Assembly (NCBI GenBank): GCA_044226625.1
Contig: JBGAGQ010000018.1
Location: 33,616-97,615 of the forward strand
Direction: 5' to 3'
Origin: Thermoanaerobaculia bacterium
GTDB taxonomy: Bacteria > Acidobacteriota > Thermoanaerobaculia > Multivoradales > UBA5704
DNA length: 64,000 nucleotides
Shown in pieces: positions 42,101 through 51,500 of this stretch. The position numbers and the translations under genes are program-made. How positions within the stretch are numbered: position 1 is the stretch's first letter; every line of letters begins with the position of its first letter. The notes beneath the pieces were generated by a model, which did no database searches, had not been told where the DNA came from, and saw only the letters and a list, made by a program, of their open reading frames with translations.

Positions 42101-42936
42101 CAGCCGCCGTTGGCCGCGACGCCCGCGCTGGTCACGGTCGGCGCGAAGTAGTCGAAGATGTTGTTATTGGTGACGACGTTGCCGCTGTTGCCGATCGCGG
42201 TCGTCGTGGTCGAGCCGTTACAGAGAATCGCCTTCGAAGCCAGGTTCGCACCGGCCGGCCCGATGTTGTTGTTCGAGATCGTGTTGTTGTCGTTGCCGTT
42301 CGCCGTCACGGCGTCGGTCGAAAAGAAGATCGTGCCGCCGTTGGTCGCGACCGAGGCACTGCTCGATCCCTGGATGTTCGAATTGGTGATCAGGTTGCTC
42401 GTGGCGCCGCCGATGAATCGGATCGTGGCGGTACCCGAAGTCGCCGAAGCCGTGGTGTTGGCGATCGTGAGCGAGTTGCCGCCCGTGTTCAGGCCGTCGA
42501 TCGTCACGTTGTCCGCGCCGTTCAGGTCGATCAGGGGCGAGCCCGCCACGATCGCGCCCGAGATCGTGCGGGCCGCGCCGCCGGTCGGGGAGATGCCGAT
42601 CGAGGTGTAGACGGCGGCGCCCGCGCCGCTCGCGTTGAGCACGGCCGGCGCCGTCTCGGTCGTGTCCCCGCTCAAGCCGATGGTGATCGTCCCTTGGTGG
42701 GTGCCGGCATTGATCGCGTCGAACGCCCCTTTGAGGGTCGTGTAGCTCGCGTTCGCGGTGCCGGCGGTCGCCGTCACGTCCACCTGGGCCGACGCGGAAG
42801 CGGCGCCGAACAGGGAGAAAGCGACGAGCAGCACCACAGGGGCGAGTCGCCGGAGCCATTCCGCCGGTGCCGACCTTGCGACATCGCGATGTCTGTGATG
42901 ACCGTCTGCGGTGGACCGACCCGAGGTAAGAATCAT
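36124..42936 (-). CDS. Giant (~2270 aa) secreted protein: parallel beta-helix regions plus six DUF11 repeats
   Basis: GGAG SD before ATG 42936. Signal peptide ending ASA-Q. Asn/Thr/Gly-rich beta-helix repeats, then 'DLxITK...TYTITASNAGP...DPxPxNNSA' DUF11 units. Ends PVSLMEFEVK. Confidence 0.88.
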   Translation of the reverse strand: MILTSGRSTADGHHRHRDVARSAPAEWLRRLAPVVLLVAFSLFGAASASAQVDVTATAGTANASYTTLKGAFDAINAGTHQGTITIGLSGDTTETAPAVLNASGAGAAVYTSIGISPTGGAARTISGAIVAGSPLIDLNGADNVTIDGLNTGGNSLTIANTTASATSGTATIRFIGGATSNLITNSNIQGSSSASVATNGGTIFFSTDAVTANGNDNNTISNNNIGPAGANLASKAILCNGSTTTTAIGNSGNVVTNNNIFDYFAPTVTSAGVAANGGCNAWSITNNRFYQTASRTWTTGAIHNGINFGNSTATSGAQGCTITGNIVGFASNTQTGVYTLTGSTGKFQGIVYNGITGGLLTTVSNNTVASVSLTGVTSNGTSTGSPMIGILLTNGLVNSNNNTVGSQTATGSLTFSTNSTTATDSIGIYNFSVDDWTATGNSVGGISVTNAAASGTQILFGMRANTSTAKSWTATSNLVGGTVANSLQLTSTGTASQVIGMITANAAAVWTSNTVRNLTNNNGTGTTTAASVIGMSVTTTTPNHTLSQNTIFNLTNSNTTAATIVTGIQFTGSTANVVQRNLIYGLTTATNSATAEVNGIRVAGGTTIYRNNMIAIGAGIANAIGAAATNSGTTGVNGINEALGTDSFFHNSVYIGGAPTAGTGASYAFNGTQTVNVRSFRDNVFMNARSNAGATGKHYAVKINGTTPNPTGLTINNNVYFANGTGAVFGFFNSLDVANLAAWKAAVGQDAASIEGDPAYNDPTNATPDLHIHPTNPTVIESNGQDVGVTDDFDGQTRSGLTPVDIGADAGNFNGVDLAPPIIAYAPLGNTTSTSNRPFTATISDAGSGVPITGIGSPVIYYRKGNVGAFASAQGSSGGGGIYNFTIDYSLVTGGSVALGDTIQYYVVAQDGAPTPNVVANPGSGAAGYTANPPAAATPPTTPNSYLIAAPIAGIKTVCASGCDFATLTGATGIFKAFNDGVFTGNAEIQIAGDLVVGEDGTNGLNALSEEPAGSNFTVKMYPTGVARAITGAFNGALIRMNGASRVTIDGSINGTGTDRSLTITNTSVTSPSVILFGSVGATPVSNDTLRNCIVINGANTSSAVVISDATTLGNAGQFSNITIQNNDIQKAFVGVFATGGTTPQGGSNLVYTGNKVNTSGANAVRDVALYMQGVNGATVTNNQVGNIDKANDETDVGIWLATGTINATVSGNTVSGIGYTGTGAFGAIGINVTSTLANTNNNVTGNNVSDISTNGGSSGSVARGIVVAGTTSDLTIQKNNVQGIINTSTGTFPAYGLDISGGNNVTVKNNFVSNVSFNMTGGAAFSTTFGVFGIRVGAGTGHKIYNNSVNLYGALPGTAATSLLTAAFGIVATTSTGMDVRDNIFANNITGGTTSIAHVAAYLPSGGTSAMNLTWNNNAYFFGTDVARQGVGQAGTTAGTNFFTTLPALAAYTSTLSGAGTNDNASQASTAAVPFATSNDLHLTPTSPLATGGVPIAGVTDDIDNETRSATAPSIGADEVVADLSITKTDGVTTATPGGSVTYTITASNAGPGSTTGTVADTFPAVLTCTWTCVGAGGGTCTAAGSGNISDSATLPAGGSVTYTASCTISASATGTLSNTATVSGVAGDPSPVNNSATDTDTLTPMADSAITKTDGVTTATPGGSVTYTITASNAGPSNNTPTVADTFPASLTCSWTCVGAGGGTCTASGSGNINDSTNLPVGGSVTYTASCTISPAATGTLSNTATVTGGATDPNPGNNSATDTDTLSPMADLAITKSDGVTMATPGGSTTYTIVASNSGPSNATATVADTFPASLTCNWTCAGAGGGTCTASGSGNINDSANVPVGGSATYTAVCSISSSATGSLSNTATVTAAVGITDPNPGNNSATDTDTLVASSDVAISKSVSNATPTLGSNVVFTVTATNNGPSNASSVKVNDLLPTGLSFVSAAPSVGSYSNATGLWTVGSLANGASATLAITATVTRAQSMVNQATSSGQGQVDTKGNNNVAAVRINGAPLIDIQTGLTVNNNTPTVSQNVVFTVTAKNAGPSTANGVVLTSNLPAGLTFVGSAPSQGSYTPGTGSWSVGTLASGATATMSLTMTNTVATTVIQTFSKTASSEQDVVSGNDAASVVLNPSATLVDLSLTKIATQEPVAATLTFNYEILVSNLSTSSATGVTVVDTLPAGVTLLTSAVPSQGTCTGTSTITCNLGTLLGGSSATIDVTVTKVVGGLVSNTAMVTGTEGDPNMANNSNSASTTPVSLMEFEVK
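37250..38370 (-). repeat. Three intragenic ~375-bp tandem repeats encoding Cys-containing DUF11 units
   Basis: Units begin near 38370, 37995 and 37620, each containing TC[TSN]WTC[VA]GAGGGTC. Confidence 0.85.
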
Positions 42937-43223
42937 GGGCGTTCTCCAAAGATCTCGGCGGTTCCTTCCCTCGGACATCGCCGGGCGCTCTCGAAGAGGC
43001 GAGGCGCACGACGGACGGGGCGGGGCCCACCAGTGGCTTGGTACCGGATTTCCGGGGGATGCTAGCAGATCTGGCGGTCTACGCGGTGGTAGATCTTCCG
43101 ATCTATTAGGAGAGTGCGTCTTGAGCGTGGCGGACGTTGGCGTTAAGATTTCAAAGCGAAATCGAAAGACTCTCCGCCGCCGTTCGCGCCTGTGACCGGC
43201 GGTCCGAATTCCAGGAGACCGCG

Positions 43224-44258
43224 ATGCGATGGAGCCGCCGTCCACGGCTCGATGGCAAGTGCGGGGTGGCGATGGCGGCCCTCTGGGTGCTGTTCGCCGT
43301 CTCGTGCGGGCCATCCGAGCGTTTCAATGGTCAGCCGGTCGATGCCGGGCGTCCGGTCCCGGAGCTCGTCGGCGTCAATTGGGACGGAAAGAGATTCGAC
43401 CTCAAGAACCTCCAGGGCAGGGTCGTCGTGGTCTTCTTCGGCTACACGTTCTGCCCGGACGTCTGCCCGTTCACCTTGGCGAAGATGAAGCAGGTCGAAG
43501 CCGAGCTCGGCAAGTCGGCCGAAGGGCTCGACGTCGTCTTCGCTTCGGTCGATCCTCAGCGCGACTCGGTCGAGAAGCTGGCGGCGTACGTACCCAGCTT
43601 CGATCGTAGCTTCTATGGCGTACGCCTGGAGCCCACCGAGATCGACCGGGCCTCGCGCTCCTTCGGGCTCACGGTCCAATACGGCACCCCGAAAGGGGGA
43701 GTCGAGACCGACACGAACTATTTCGTCGATCACACGGGCACCTATTTCGTGATCGACCGAACCGGGAAGCTCCGGCTCCAGTTTCCGCCGACGGCCACGG
43801 TCGATCAGATGGTGCCGGATCTCAAACAACTGCTCGCGGCACGTGCGCCCGAGCGGCAAGCTCGCGAGGAGGGCCGGCTGGAGATCCGAGAGGCCCGGGC
43901 GCAGATCTTTCCCGGTCGGGGCGCCGTCTACTTCGAGGTGGTCAACCCCGGCGCGACCTCGGACCGGCTGGTGCGCGTCGAGACGTCGGCGGCGAGCGCG
44001 GCGGAAACCCACGAGACGATCGACGACGGCGGGGTGATGCGCATGCGTCCCCGCCCGGAGGGCTTCGAGGTTCCGGCTGGGGGCACGCTCCGCCTCGCCC
44101 CCGGCGGCAAGCATCTGATGTTGGTCGATCCGAAACCGATCGACCGGGCGTCGCCGACGGAGGGCTCGACGATCCCGCTCACGCTCCACTTCGAGCGGGC
44201 CGGAGCGATTCCGATCCAGGCGAAAGTCGACGGCGCGTCGGAAACGAGCGGCCGATGA
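43224..44258 (+). CDS. SCO1/SenC - PCuAC copper chaperone fusion, probable lipoprotein
   Basis: AGGAG SD and lipobox-like AVSC. SCO motifs CPDVCP and DHTG, then PCuAC motif HET-x6-MRM...GGKHLML. Confidence 0.9.
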   Translation: MRWSRRPRLDGKCGVAMAALWVLFAVSCGPSERFNGQPVDAGRPVPELVGVNWDGKRFDLKNLQGRVVVVFFGYTFCPDVCPFTLAKMKQVEAELGKSAEGLDVVFASVDPQRDSVEKLAAYVPSFDRSFYGVRLEPTEIDRASRSFGLTVQYGTPKGGVETDTNYFVDHTGTYFVIDRTGKLRLQFPPTATVDQMVPDLKQLLAARAPERQAREEGRLEIREARAQIFPGRGAVYFEVVNPGATSDRLVRVETSAASAAETHETIDDGGVMRMRPRPEGFEVPAGGTLRLAPGGKHLMLVDPKPIDRASPTEGSTIPLTLHFERAGAIPIQAKVDGASETSGR

Positions 44259-45262
44259 GCGCACCGGAAAGCTCTCCCGCGGCGGGCCGCGGAGCCTTGA
44301 AGCGTCGCGAGCAGCGTGAGGCGCGCGAACGCGCGGAGCTCCTTTCTTGGTGGACCCGTCCCGGCGTCGTCGTCTTCCTCGGCGCGCTCGTGCTGGCGGC
44401 GATCGGCTGGGGACTGCTCGCGCGATCGGTCCGCCGCCTGCCGGTTGCCGAGGCATCGATCGACGGCTTGGACGTCCGGCTCGAGGACGCGCGTTGGATC
44501 CTCGACCAGATGGAGCACGGCGACAACTTTCAGCAGCCCGCGTCGATGATGCCCGATCTTCCGGCGGCGGGATCGCAGCGGGTGACCGCGTACCTGGCGC
44601 TCGGCAACCGGACCCGGCAGGTCCGCGAGTTCCATGGGGAAGAGTTCTTCCTGGTTCCCGAGATCGGCGCGGAGCTGCCGCCGATCGGAGCGGTGCTCGG
44701 CGAGGCGAAGCTTCTCCCGGGTCAGACGCTCAACACCGCGCTTCACTTCGACCTCGATACCCGCAAGCCCTACGGTCGATTGCTCATGGAATGGCGGCGC
44801 GGAGATCGCACGGCCTACTTCGCGATCCCCGAGCCCGCCGAGCACTACCACCTCCGCCCGCGGAAGGACGAGGTTGCCCTGCCCACCGACGCCCGGCTAC
44901 TGCTGCCGATCTCCAATCCGGACCGTGGGGCCGACCTCTACGCCAAGGTCTACGGCTGCGCCGCCTGCCACGGCGATCCGAAAGTCCCCGGGAGCAACAA
45001 CCTGGGCCCCCATCTCGGCTCGATCGGAACGCTCGCGCCGAGCCGGATTCGAGGGATGGGGGGACCCCAATACCTCTATCAGTCGATCCTCGAGCCGAAC
45101 GCGTTCCTCTCTCCCGATTGCAAGGGAGGTCCGTGTCAGGGCCCGAGCGCGATGCCGGACTACTCGACGCTCGTGAACCTCCAGGACGCGGCGGACCTGC
45201 TCGGATACCTGCTGGAGCAGCACGCCGCGCCCTCCGATAACGCCGCCACAGCGACGCGTTGA
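44255..45262 (+). CDS. Membrane-anchored c-type cytochrome with N-terminal beta-sandwich-like domain
   Basis: TM anchor, CAACH heme motif, 'GPHL', 'YLYQSILEPNA' and distal Met in 'SAMP'. Coupled to the SCO-PCuAC gene. Confidence 0.82.
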   Translation: MSAPESSPAAGRGALKRREQREARERAELLSWWTRPGVVVFLGALVLAAIGWGLLARSVRRLPVAEASIDGLDVRLEDARWILDQMEHGDNFQQPASMMPDLPAAGSQRVTAYLALGNRTRQVREFHGEEFFLVPEIGAELPPIGAVLGEAKLLPGQTLNTALHFDLDTRKPYGRLLMEWRRGDRTAYFAIPEPAEHYHLRPRKDEVALPTDARLLLPISNPDRGADLYAKVYGCAACHGDPKVPGSNNLGPHLGSIGTLAPSRIRGMGGPQYLYQSILEPNAFLSPDCKGGPCQGPSAMPDYSTLVNLQDAADLLGYLLEQHAAPSDNAATATR

Positions 45263-45286
45263 GCGGGTTTCGGCCTTGCCCGTGCC

Positions 45287-47428
45287 TCACTGATTGAGCG
45301 CGCGGGCCAGGTTGAATCTGAACTCGTAGTCGCCGTCCCCGGGCAATAAGTCGATCGCCAGGTTCAGGTTCTCGTACTCGTCGACTGCCAGAGGACCGAT
45401 CGGTACGATCTCGCTCGGAGAGCTCCCGTCGCCATTTTCTCGGAGTTGCACCCGCACGGAATCGAGGTAGGCCACGGGGCCGAGCAGACCCTCGAGGCTG
45501 TAGTGGTCTTCCGAGTCTACGTCGCCGAAGTGGGGTTCGAACATGAGGGTTCCGTCGACCCAGACGGACATGTCGATCTCGTCCGACCCGCTCCAGTCGG
45601 AGCCGGTTTCATCGCCGCAGACGATTTCGAGCGGCCAGGCACCCGGTGTTTCAATTCCAGTCAGCCATTGGAGGTTGGTTCGCCATCCGGCCGCGAAATC
45701 GGTCTGGGAGATCTCGCCGCGGGTCACCCACAGGAACAGTTTCGAGGGTCCCACCTCCTTGCGCCGGATCGCCAATTTCTTGGTCGAGCCGGGTTCCAGG
45801 GCCTCTACCTGGATCTCTCCGGCCTCGCCGGTACGTAGCGCAAGGGTCAGTCTCCGGCCGGGCTGGTTGAGCGCATAGACCTCCATGTCCTGGGCCTTGC
45901 CGCTGGCCGCGCGGTCGGTCGAGATCTCGAACCAGAGAGTGTCCTCCGGGTTGACCGGCTTGTTCGCTGGAGGGTGCGGAGCGTACGGTTGGCGATTCGG
46001 ACCGAGCACGCAAGAATCCCAGGCGTTTGTGCATTGGTGCCGGTGCACGGTCAGATCGAAAGAGCCATGCCAGTCGCGATGGGCGGGATTGCTTACCCTG
46101 ATGAAGTACGGAGGCTCGGGCAGGAAATATTTGTCGAATCGGCAAAGGACACCCGAATCCGGACGACACCATCCAACTTGTTTCTCTTGCCGATAGACCG
46201 AGAGGGGGGTGGACAGGTCGTCTTTTTGATAGACGGCGACCTCCAGTCCTTGTTCGAGCCACTGTGTAGTGAGGCCGAACGAATAGGTTCCCTGCCGCTC
46301 GAGGCGGAACCATTGCATGCTGCCCGGATGCGCGAGAAAACCTGAGAGGTAGAGATCCCTTCTCTCAGCCAAGGTCGCTTCGTCGATCCTCCTCGCCACC
46401 CGCGGGTTGCAGTACGGAGAAGGGACGTTGGCATCTGCGCCAACCCCGGCGTGATCGCTCTGCGTCTACCCACGAAACGCTTTCGTCAGGTGTTGCACGC
46501 AGAAGAAATCGCTAGGGCGGACGTCGCGGTCGTGGAGGATGTAATCGATCCGCTCCCTGCCGCTCGATGTCGCTCCAGGGTCGAATGCGGACGTCGTCCA
46601 CGCCCAGGTGTCGTACATCGGAAATCGGAAGAAGCTCGCGGGCTCCCAGAACTGCTCTTGCCATTCGCTGCCGGTACCGGCGCCGCTCATCGGGTTATGA
46701 TCGGGGAGCACGTGGCCGGCGATGTTCAGGTCGCCCACCAAGAAGACCTCAGCGCGCCGGTAATCATCCGAAAAGTTGGTCGCCATGATCTGGCGGATGA
46801 GGTCCTGCACTTGCCCGAGCTGCAGAGATCGGATGTAGGAGCGATCTTTGTCGTCGTCGTTGTTCTGCAGATGAGTTACCGCGAGCACATAGCGTTGCCG
46901 CTGATCGCTCGGACGGAGGACGACGAGGGCGACGCCCTTTTGCGCGCAACAGTCAATCCCGCTGCACGCTCCAAAGCGAGCGAACGCCGAGCCGACCTTC
47001 GGACTCGATGGGGAGAGGCGGAAGCGTTCGAAGGGAAACTTACTGAAGATCATCAACCCGCTGTCCTCCAGCTGGCTGAAGCCGAGCGTGTAGGGACACG
47101 TCGAAACCAGGGAGCCGATTGCCGAGCCGAAGTGGTCGGCATGATAGGGATACAGCGGACCGAGCTTGCTGGCGAGAATGCCCTTAGCGTCCTCATCCCA
47201 GACCTCCTCGAGCGCGACGGCGTCGTAGCCGCTCGCGGCGATGGCATCGGCCACTTTGAGCGCGTCGGCATCCGCATGTTAGCTGTCGGTGATCTCCTTC
47301 TTGAATGCCGGCGATACGAGGTGCGTATTGAAGGTGGCGAGTCGAAGGCCTTGAGCCCAAGCAGCGACGCTACCCGGGCCGAAGAGGAAAAGGGCGAGGA
47401 GAGTGGCGGCAGCACGAGAGTGTTTCAT
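45287..47428 (-). pseudogene. Secreted EEP/sphingomyelinase-like phosphodiesterase gene interrupted by two in-frame stops
   Basis: A single frame from ATG 47428 (GGAGG SD) to TGA 45287 contains signal peptide-LRLATFN, TAA (47279-81), ALEEVW, DSGL, QKG, THLQ, GDLN, RIDYI, TAG (46466-68), then SDH and a C-terminal beta-rich domain. Confidence 0.85.
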
Positions 47429-47645
47429 GGCGTACCTCCAGTCTTGACAGAGAAATTGAGGTGATACGCCATCATGCTCCGCTCGGCAGGCGCTCCCGGT
47501 CACCACTCTCCCGGGGGGCTCCTGAACCCCGAGGGGTAGTTCGACGCCATCGCCGCGTCGGCGACCATCCCCCGAACCGAAAGGCCGGGAAAAAGTCCCG
47601 GTCGTGCTTCTCGGTTCTGCTAACTGTGAGCTTTCTCGGCGGGGG

Positions 47646-48497
47646 CTACTTCGACGCGCTGAGCGCGGTGCGCAAGCCGATGTCGGAGATCCGGTCGACG
47701 TCGGTCAGCCAGTAGCGGTTGTAGGTGCGCAGGAACGTCGGACCAAGCTGCAGCGCGCCGCCGCGCAGGATCTTCAGGTTGCCTTCGGCCCGATTGACCG
47801 GGTTCTTGGTCGGCGAGCGGGCATAGAAATCGGGCTGGTAGGTGTCTTCGCACCACTCCCAGACATTCCCGGCCATGTTGAGGACTCCGTATGGCGACGC
47901 CCCCGCCTCGCAGCAGTTGACCGGGGCGGTCGACGTGCGGGAGAGCGGATGGTCCACCCACATCGCGCGATCGAAAGTCGGATCGCCGTTGCCCCAGGGA
48001 TAGGTGCGGCCGTCGGTGCCGCGCGCGGCCTTTTCCCATTCGGCCTCGGTAGGGAGCCGTTTGCCCGCCCAGGCCGCATAGCTCTTGGCGTCGTGCCAGG
48101 TGACGTGGACGACCGGTTGGGCATCGTGGAGACCCCAGTCGGGCGGCTGGACTTTCTGGATGCGCTCGTCGGGCTCGGAGAGATAGGGGAGGCCGGACTC
48201 CTTCCAGCGCCGCCACGAAACCTCGTACTTGTCGATATAAAAACCGTCGAGCTCGACCTTGTGAGCCGGGCGGGCGCTCGGCTCCCCTTGATCGCTCCCC
48301 ATCACGAACGGCCCGGGCGGAACGTAGACCATGATCGTTCCGTCTTTTTTCCAGACGTACTCGCCTTCCTTCTTGGCCCGCGAAAGACCTTCCGGCATCA
48401 CCTCGCCATGCCAGCCTTTGGCTGGTTCGGCCAGGGCGGCCCCCCGCGCGAAGACGAGGGACAGAAACGCCCATGTGAACGCGCTCAAGGTACGCAT
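47646..48497 (-). CDS. Formylglycine-generating enzyme (SUMF1/FGE-sulfatase) domain protein, secreted
   Basis: 'GPFVMGS', 'PVVHVTWHDA', 'RLPTEAEWEKAARG', 'NMAGNVWEWC', 'LRGG', 'IGLR'. Lacks the obvious catalytic Cys pair of true FGE. Confidence 0.9.
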   Translation of the reverse strand: MRTLSAFTWAFLSLVFARGAALAEPAKGWHGEVMPEGLSRAKKEGEYVWKKDGTIMVYVPPGPFVMGSDQGEPSARPAHKVELDGFYIDKYEVSWRRWKESGLPYLSEPDERIQKVQPPDWGLHDAQPVVHVTWHDAKSYAAWAGKRLPTEAEWEKAARGTDGRTYPWGNGDPTFDRAMWVDHPLSRTSTAPVNCCEAGASPYGVLNMAGNVWEWCEDTYQPDFYARSPTKNPVNRAEGNLKILRGGALQLGPTFLRTYNRYWLTDVDRISDIGLRTALSASK

Positions 48498-48594
48498 ACG
48501 TGCGGCTCCTGGTGGTTCGAACGAAGGATCTCGCTAGGAAAGCCCTCGCCGGAACGGATCCGGCGAGGGCTTCGCAACGATGACAAGACGCGAG

Positions 48595-51500
48595 TTACTG
48601 CTCGTCGCCCTCCTCTTCCTCGAGCTCTGCGAACTTCTTCTGGAACTCGAGCTTCAACCGTCGCATGTTCTGACGCTCGGCGAGCAAGGCCTGGCGGGCG
48701 CGGGTCTGGTCGGTCACCAGCTGCACCGTAGGTCCGCTCGCGATGCCGCCGGCGGGCGATTGGAGGCAGAGCTCGCTCGGCGGCTGCGCGAGGTCGACAC
48801 GGAATCGGCCGCTTCCCGTGTCGACGGGGACCGTCCCTATCCGCGTGCCCGAGCAGCGCCCCCTCGCTTGGCCGCCGGCGAACACCTCGAGACGGCTGAC
48901 CGTGTCGCCGGCCGGTTTGATGCCCACGACACCGCGCACCGTCGTCTTGCCGGGCCGGGTATCGACCCGGGTTACCGTGACGGTGTCGTTGGCGTGCAAC
49001 GGGGTGTCGTTGGCGCCACCGGTCACGCGGACGATGTGCCAGAGCCCGGCCTGGACGAACGGCTGCTCCCGATCCAGGTAGAGATAGTCGCCCGGCGCCT
49101 GCAGGTCGCCTCCGGCCCCGCCGAGAAATTCCATGTTGAGGGTCATGCCGGGAGCCAGGTTGTCGCCGTACAGCACTTCCGATCCGGCCATGCCCGGTTC
49201 CTGACGATACCGGTGCCCTTCGAGGGTCGGGATGTGCGGCATCTCTCCCCACGGTTGGCCGACGCGATAGATGAGCGAGGCCCCCTTGGGCAACGTCACG
49301 ACGTGGCGCGGATCGCCGAACAGCGGGCTGCGGAAGACGTCGGCTGGCGCGAGCAGGAAGTTGCGCAGGTCGAGCGGCTCGTTGCTGTAACTGATCGAGT
49401 CGGTGGCGAACTCCGGCTCGTCGGGGTAGGGCATCCGATCCTGTCCGAGCTCGTCCTCGGCGTCCATGATCAAGGCGACGAACTCGCGGGTCGCGAGCCC
49501 GTTCTTGACGATATCGGCCTGGATTCCTGTGCCGTCACCGGGCAGCGGCGTGAGCGTGCCTGGGCTGCGGTAGGTCGAGCCCTCCTTTTCCACCACCACG
49601 CCGCCCCAGGCGCCGAGCGCGAGCGAGTCGCTGTCGGCGAGGTTCATCGCGAGGGTGAGTCCGAGCTCCTTGTCCGCGTAGTACTCATAGGTGCGGGTCG
49701 CTCCGGCCGCCACCGTCGAGTCGTAGTTGAGCCCGACGGCCGTGCCGTAGGAGCGCTGCGGATCGAAGAGCAGCTCGCCGACGCTGAGACCCGAGCGCCG
49801 AGAGGTGCGGAGGTTCGTGAGGTTCACCCGCAAGCACTGCCCCTTGTTGACGCGGACGACGATCGGGGTGCGGGTATTCGTGACGGGAGAGCCGTTCAAG
49901 AAGTAGGAGACTCCAGGAACCCCTCCGGAGGTGTCGTTGTAGATGATGCTGGTATCGGCGATCGACAGATCGTAGGTTTTCCGCGTCGCCCCCGCGGGAC
50001 AGCCGGCTCCCGGGCCGTCGGCGAGCGACGGCGGTGGCGCGCCGGTTTGCGACAGCGTGGGGAAGCCCGTGCTCCCGTTTGGAGCCGGGACTCCGGGCAA
50101 GGGTTGTAGATCGCCTCTCGGTTGGTCGAAGACGCGCATCAGCCCCCAGGCCCCGGATTCGAAGTCGCGGGCAAGCGTCGAGTAGTACATGTAGTCGCCC
50201 GGGAACTTCTTCGGGCCGCCGGCGCCCCCTTCGAGCGCGAAGTCGAACCGTTCCGAGATCCCCAGGTAGGCGGCGTCTCGGAGATCCGAATTCTTGGTGA
50301 ACCGCTCGATGTTGAAGCGGTGGCCGGTCACCCGGATGCCCCCGACTTTCTCGACCAACCCGAGGCCGCGGAAGACGACGGGATCGCCGGCGTAGGCGCG
50401 GACCTGCGGTGTGTACGGATCGCCGTGCATCACCGAGGAGAAGCGGTAGGCCGGGTCTCCCGGCCGGAGCACCCAGGGCTCGGCGCGGAGGTTGATCGTG
50501 CCACCGCCGAAGTCGAACTGCCCGACGACGGGATTCTGGTCGTGCAGGAAGAGCATGAATTCGCGGAACGACCCGTTGACTCCATCGGCCACCGGCCGGC
50601 CGAGCAGAGTGTTCGGCACGTGGACGTCGGCGATCGTGCCGGAGCGGATTTCCGCGCCGGTCGTCGGGTCGTGGTAGGTCGAGCCCTTCGGCTCGACGAT
50701 GTGCGCGCCGAACAGGCCGTGATCCCAATCCTTGCTCTCGACGTGGGTGTGGAAGAACACGGTGCCGACGTCGACGTCCGAATACCAGTTGTAACGGACG
50801 AACTCCACCCCGACCGCTTGTCCCGCCGCGTGATTGAGCAACAGGGGTTGTTCGAGCTTGATCGTGTTGGCGTCTGGGATCTCGGCGATCTTGCGGATCT
50901 CGGTGCAGGGGTACGGCTGGCCGAGCAGTGAGCCGCAGGTCCCCTCCCCGAGGCCGATGCCGATCCAGACCCCCGGCCGCAGTCGGCTGGTGTTGGTGAC
51001 CGACAGGGTGTTCGACAGGGGAGTCACCGCTGCGGTCAGCGTCCGCCCTTCGGTCGCGTAGGGTCGGACCGACTGCTCGTATGAGAAGCCCGCGATGACG
51101 CCGTCCGACGCCTGGGTGTCGAACTGGACGAAGTGGCTGTGGAGGTTCACCTTCGACCAGTTGTTGTTGAGCGGCCCGTCGGGAATCTCGCTGGTGAACA
51201 CGAGCTCGACGCAGTCGCCCACGTTCGAGCGTAAGGTGAGCGGCTCGGCCGGTTTGAGACCGGCACGAACGTCCGCCTTGTTCTCGTTCAAAACGAACAA
51301 CATGCCGTCGGGGTCGGTCGGCGATCGGTCGGCTCCGGGCGGGCGAGGCACCGGCGCTTTGGTCACCTGGATCGGCAAGGTGATCGCGCTCACCGGGAAG
51401 AATCTCTGCGCCTTGAGACCGACGAAGACGTCGGGATGAACTAGGTTGTTGGCGCACAGACCGTCCATCCGTCCCGGGATCATCTGCTCGCCGAGCCATG

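Noticed and set aside
45287-47428. Genome-wide stop-codon reassignment, pyrrolysine or selenocysteine
   Set aside because: TAA and TAG end conserved genes normally in this window (fbaB TAG, lanC TAA, E1-beta TAG). TAA is not a Pyl/Sec codon, and no pyl/sel genes are seen.
47646-48497. FGE-domain protein as the maturase for the sulfatase at 56565-58079, or as a DGR target
   Set aside because: It lacks the catalytic Cys pair of true FGE, and I saw no reverse transcriptase or template repeat in the window.
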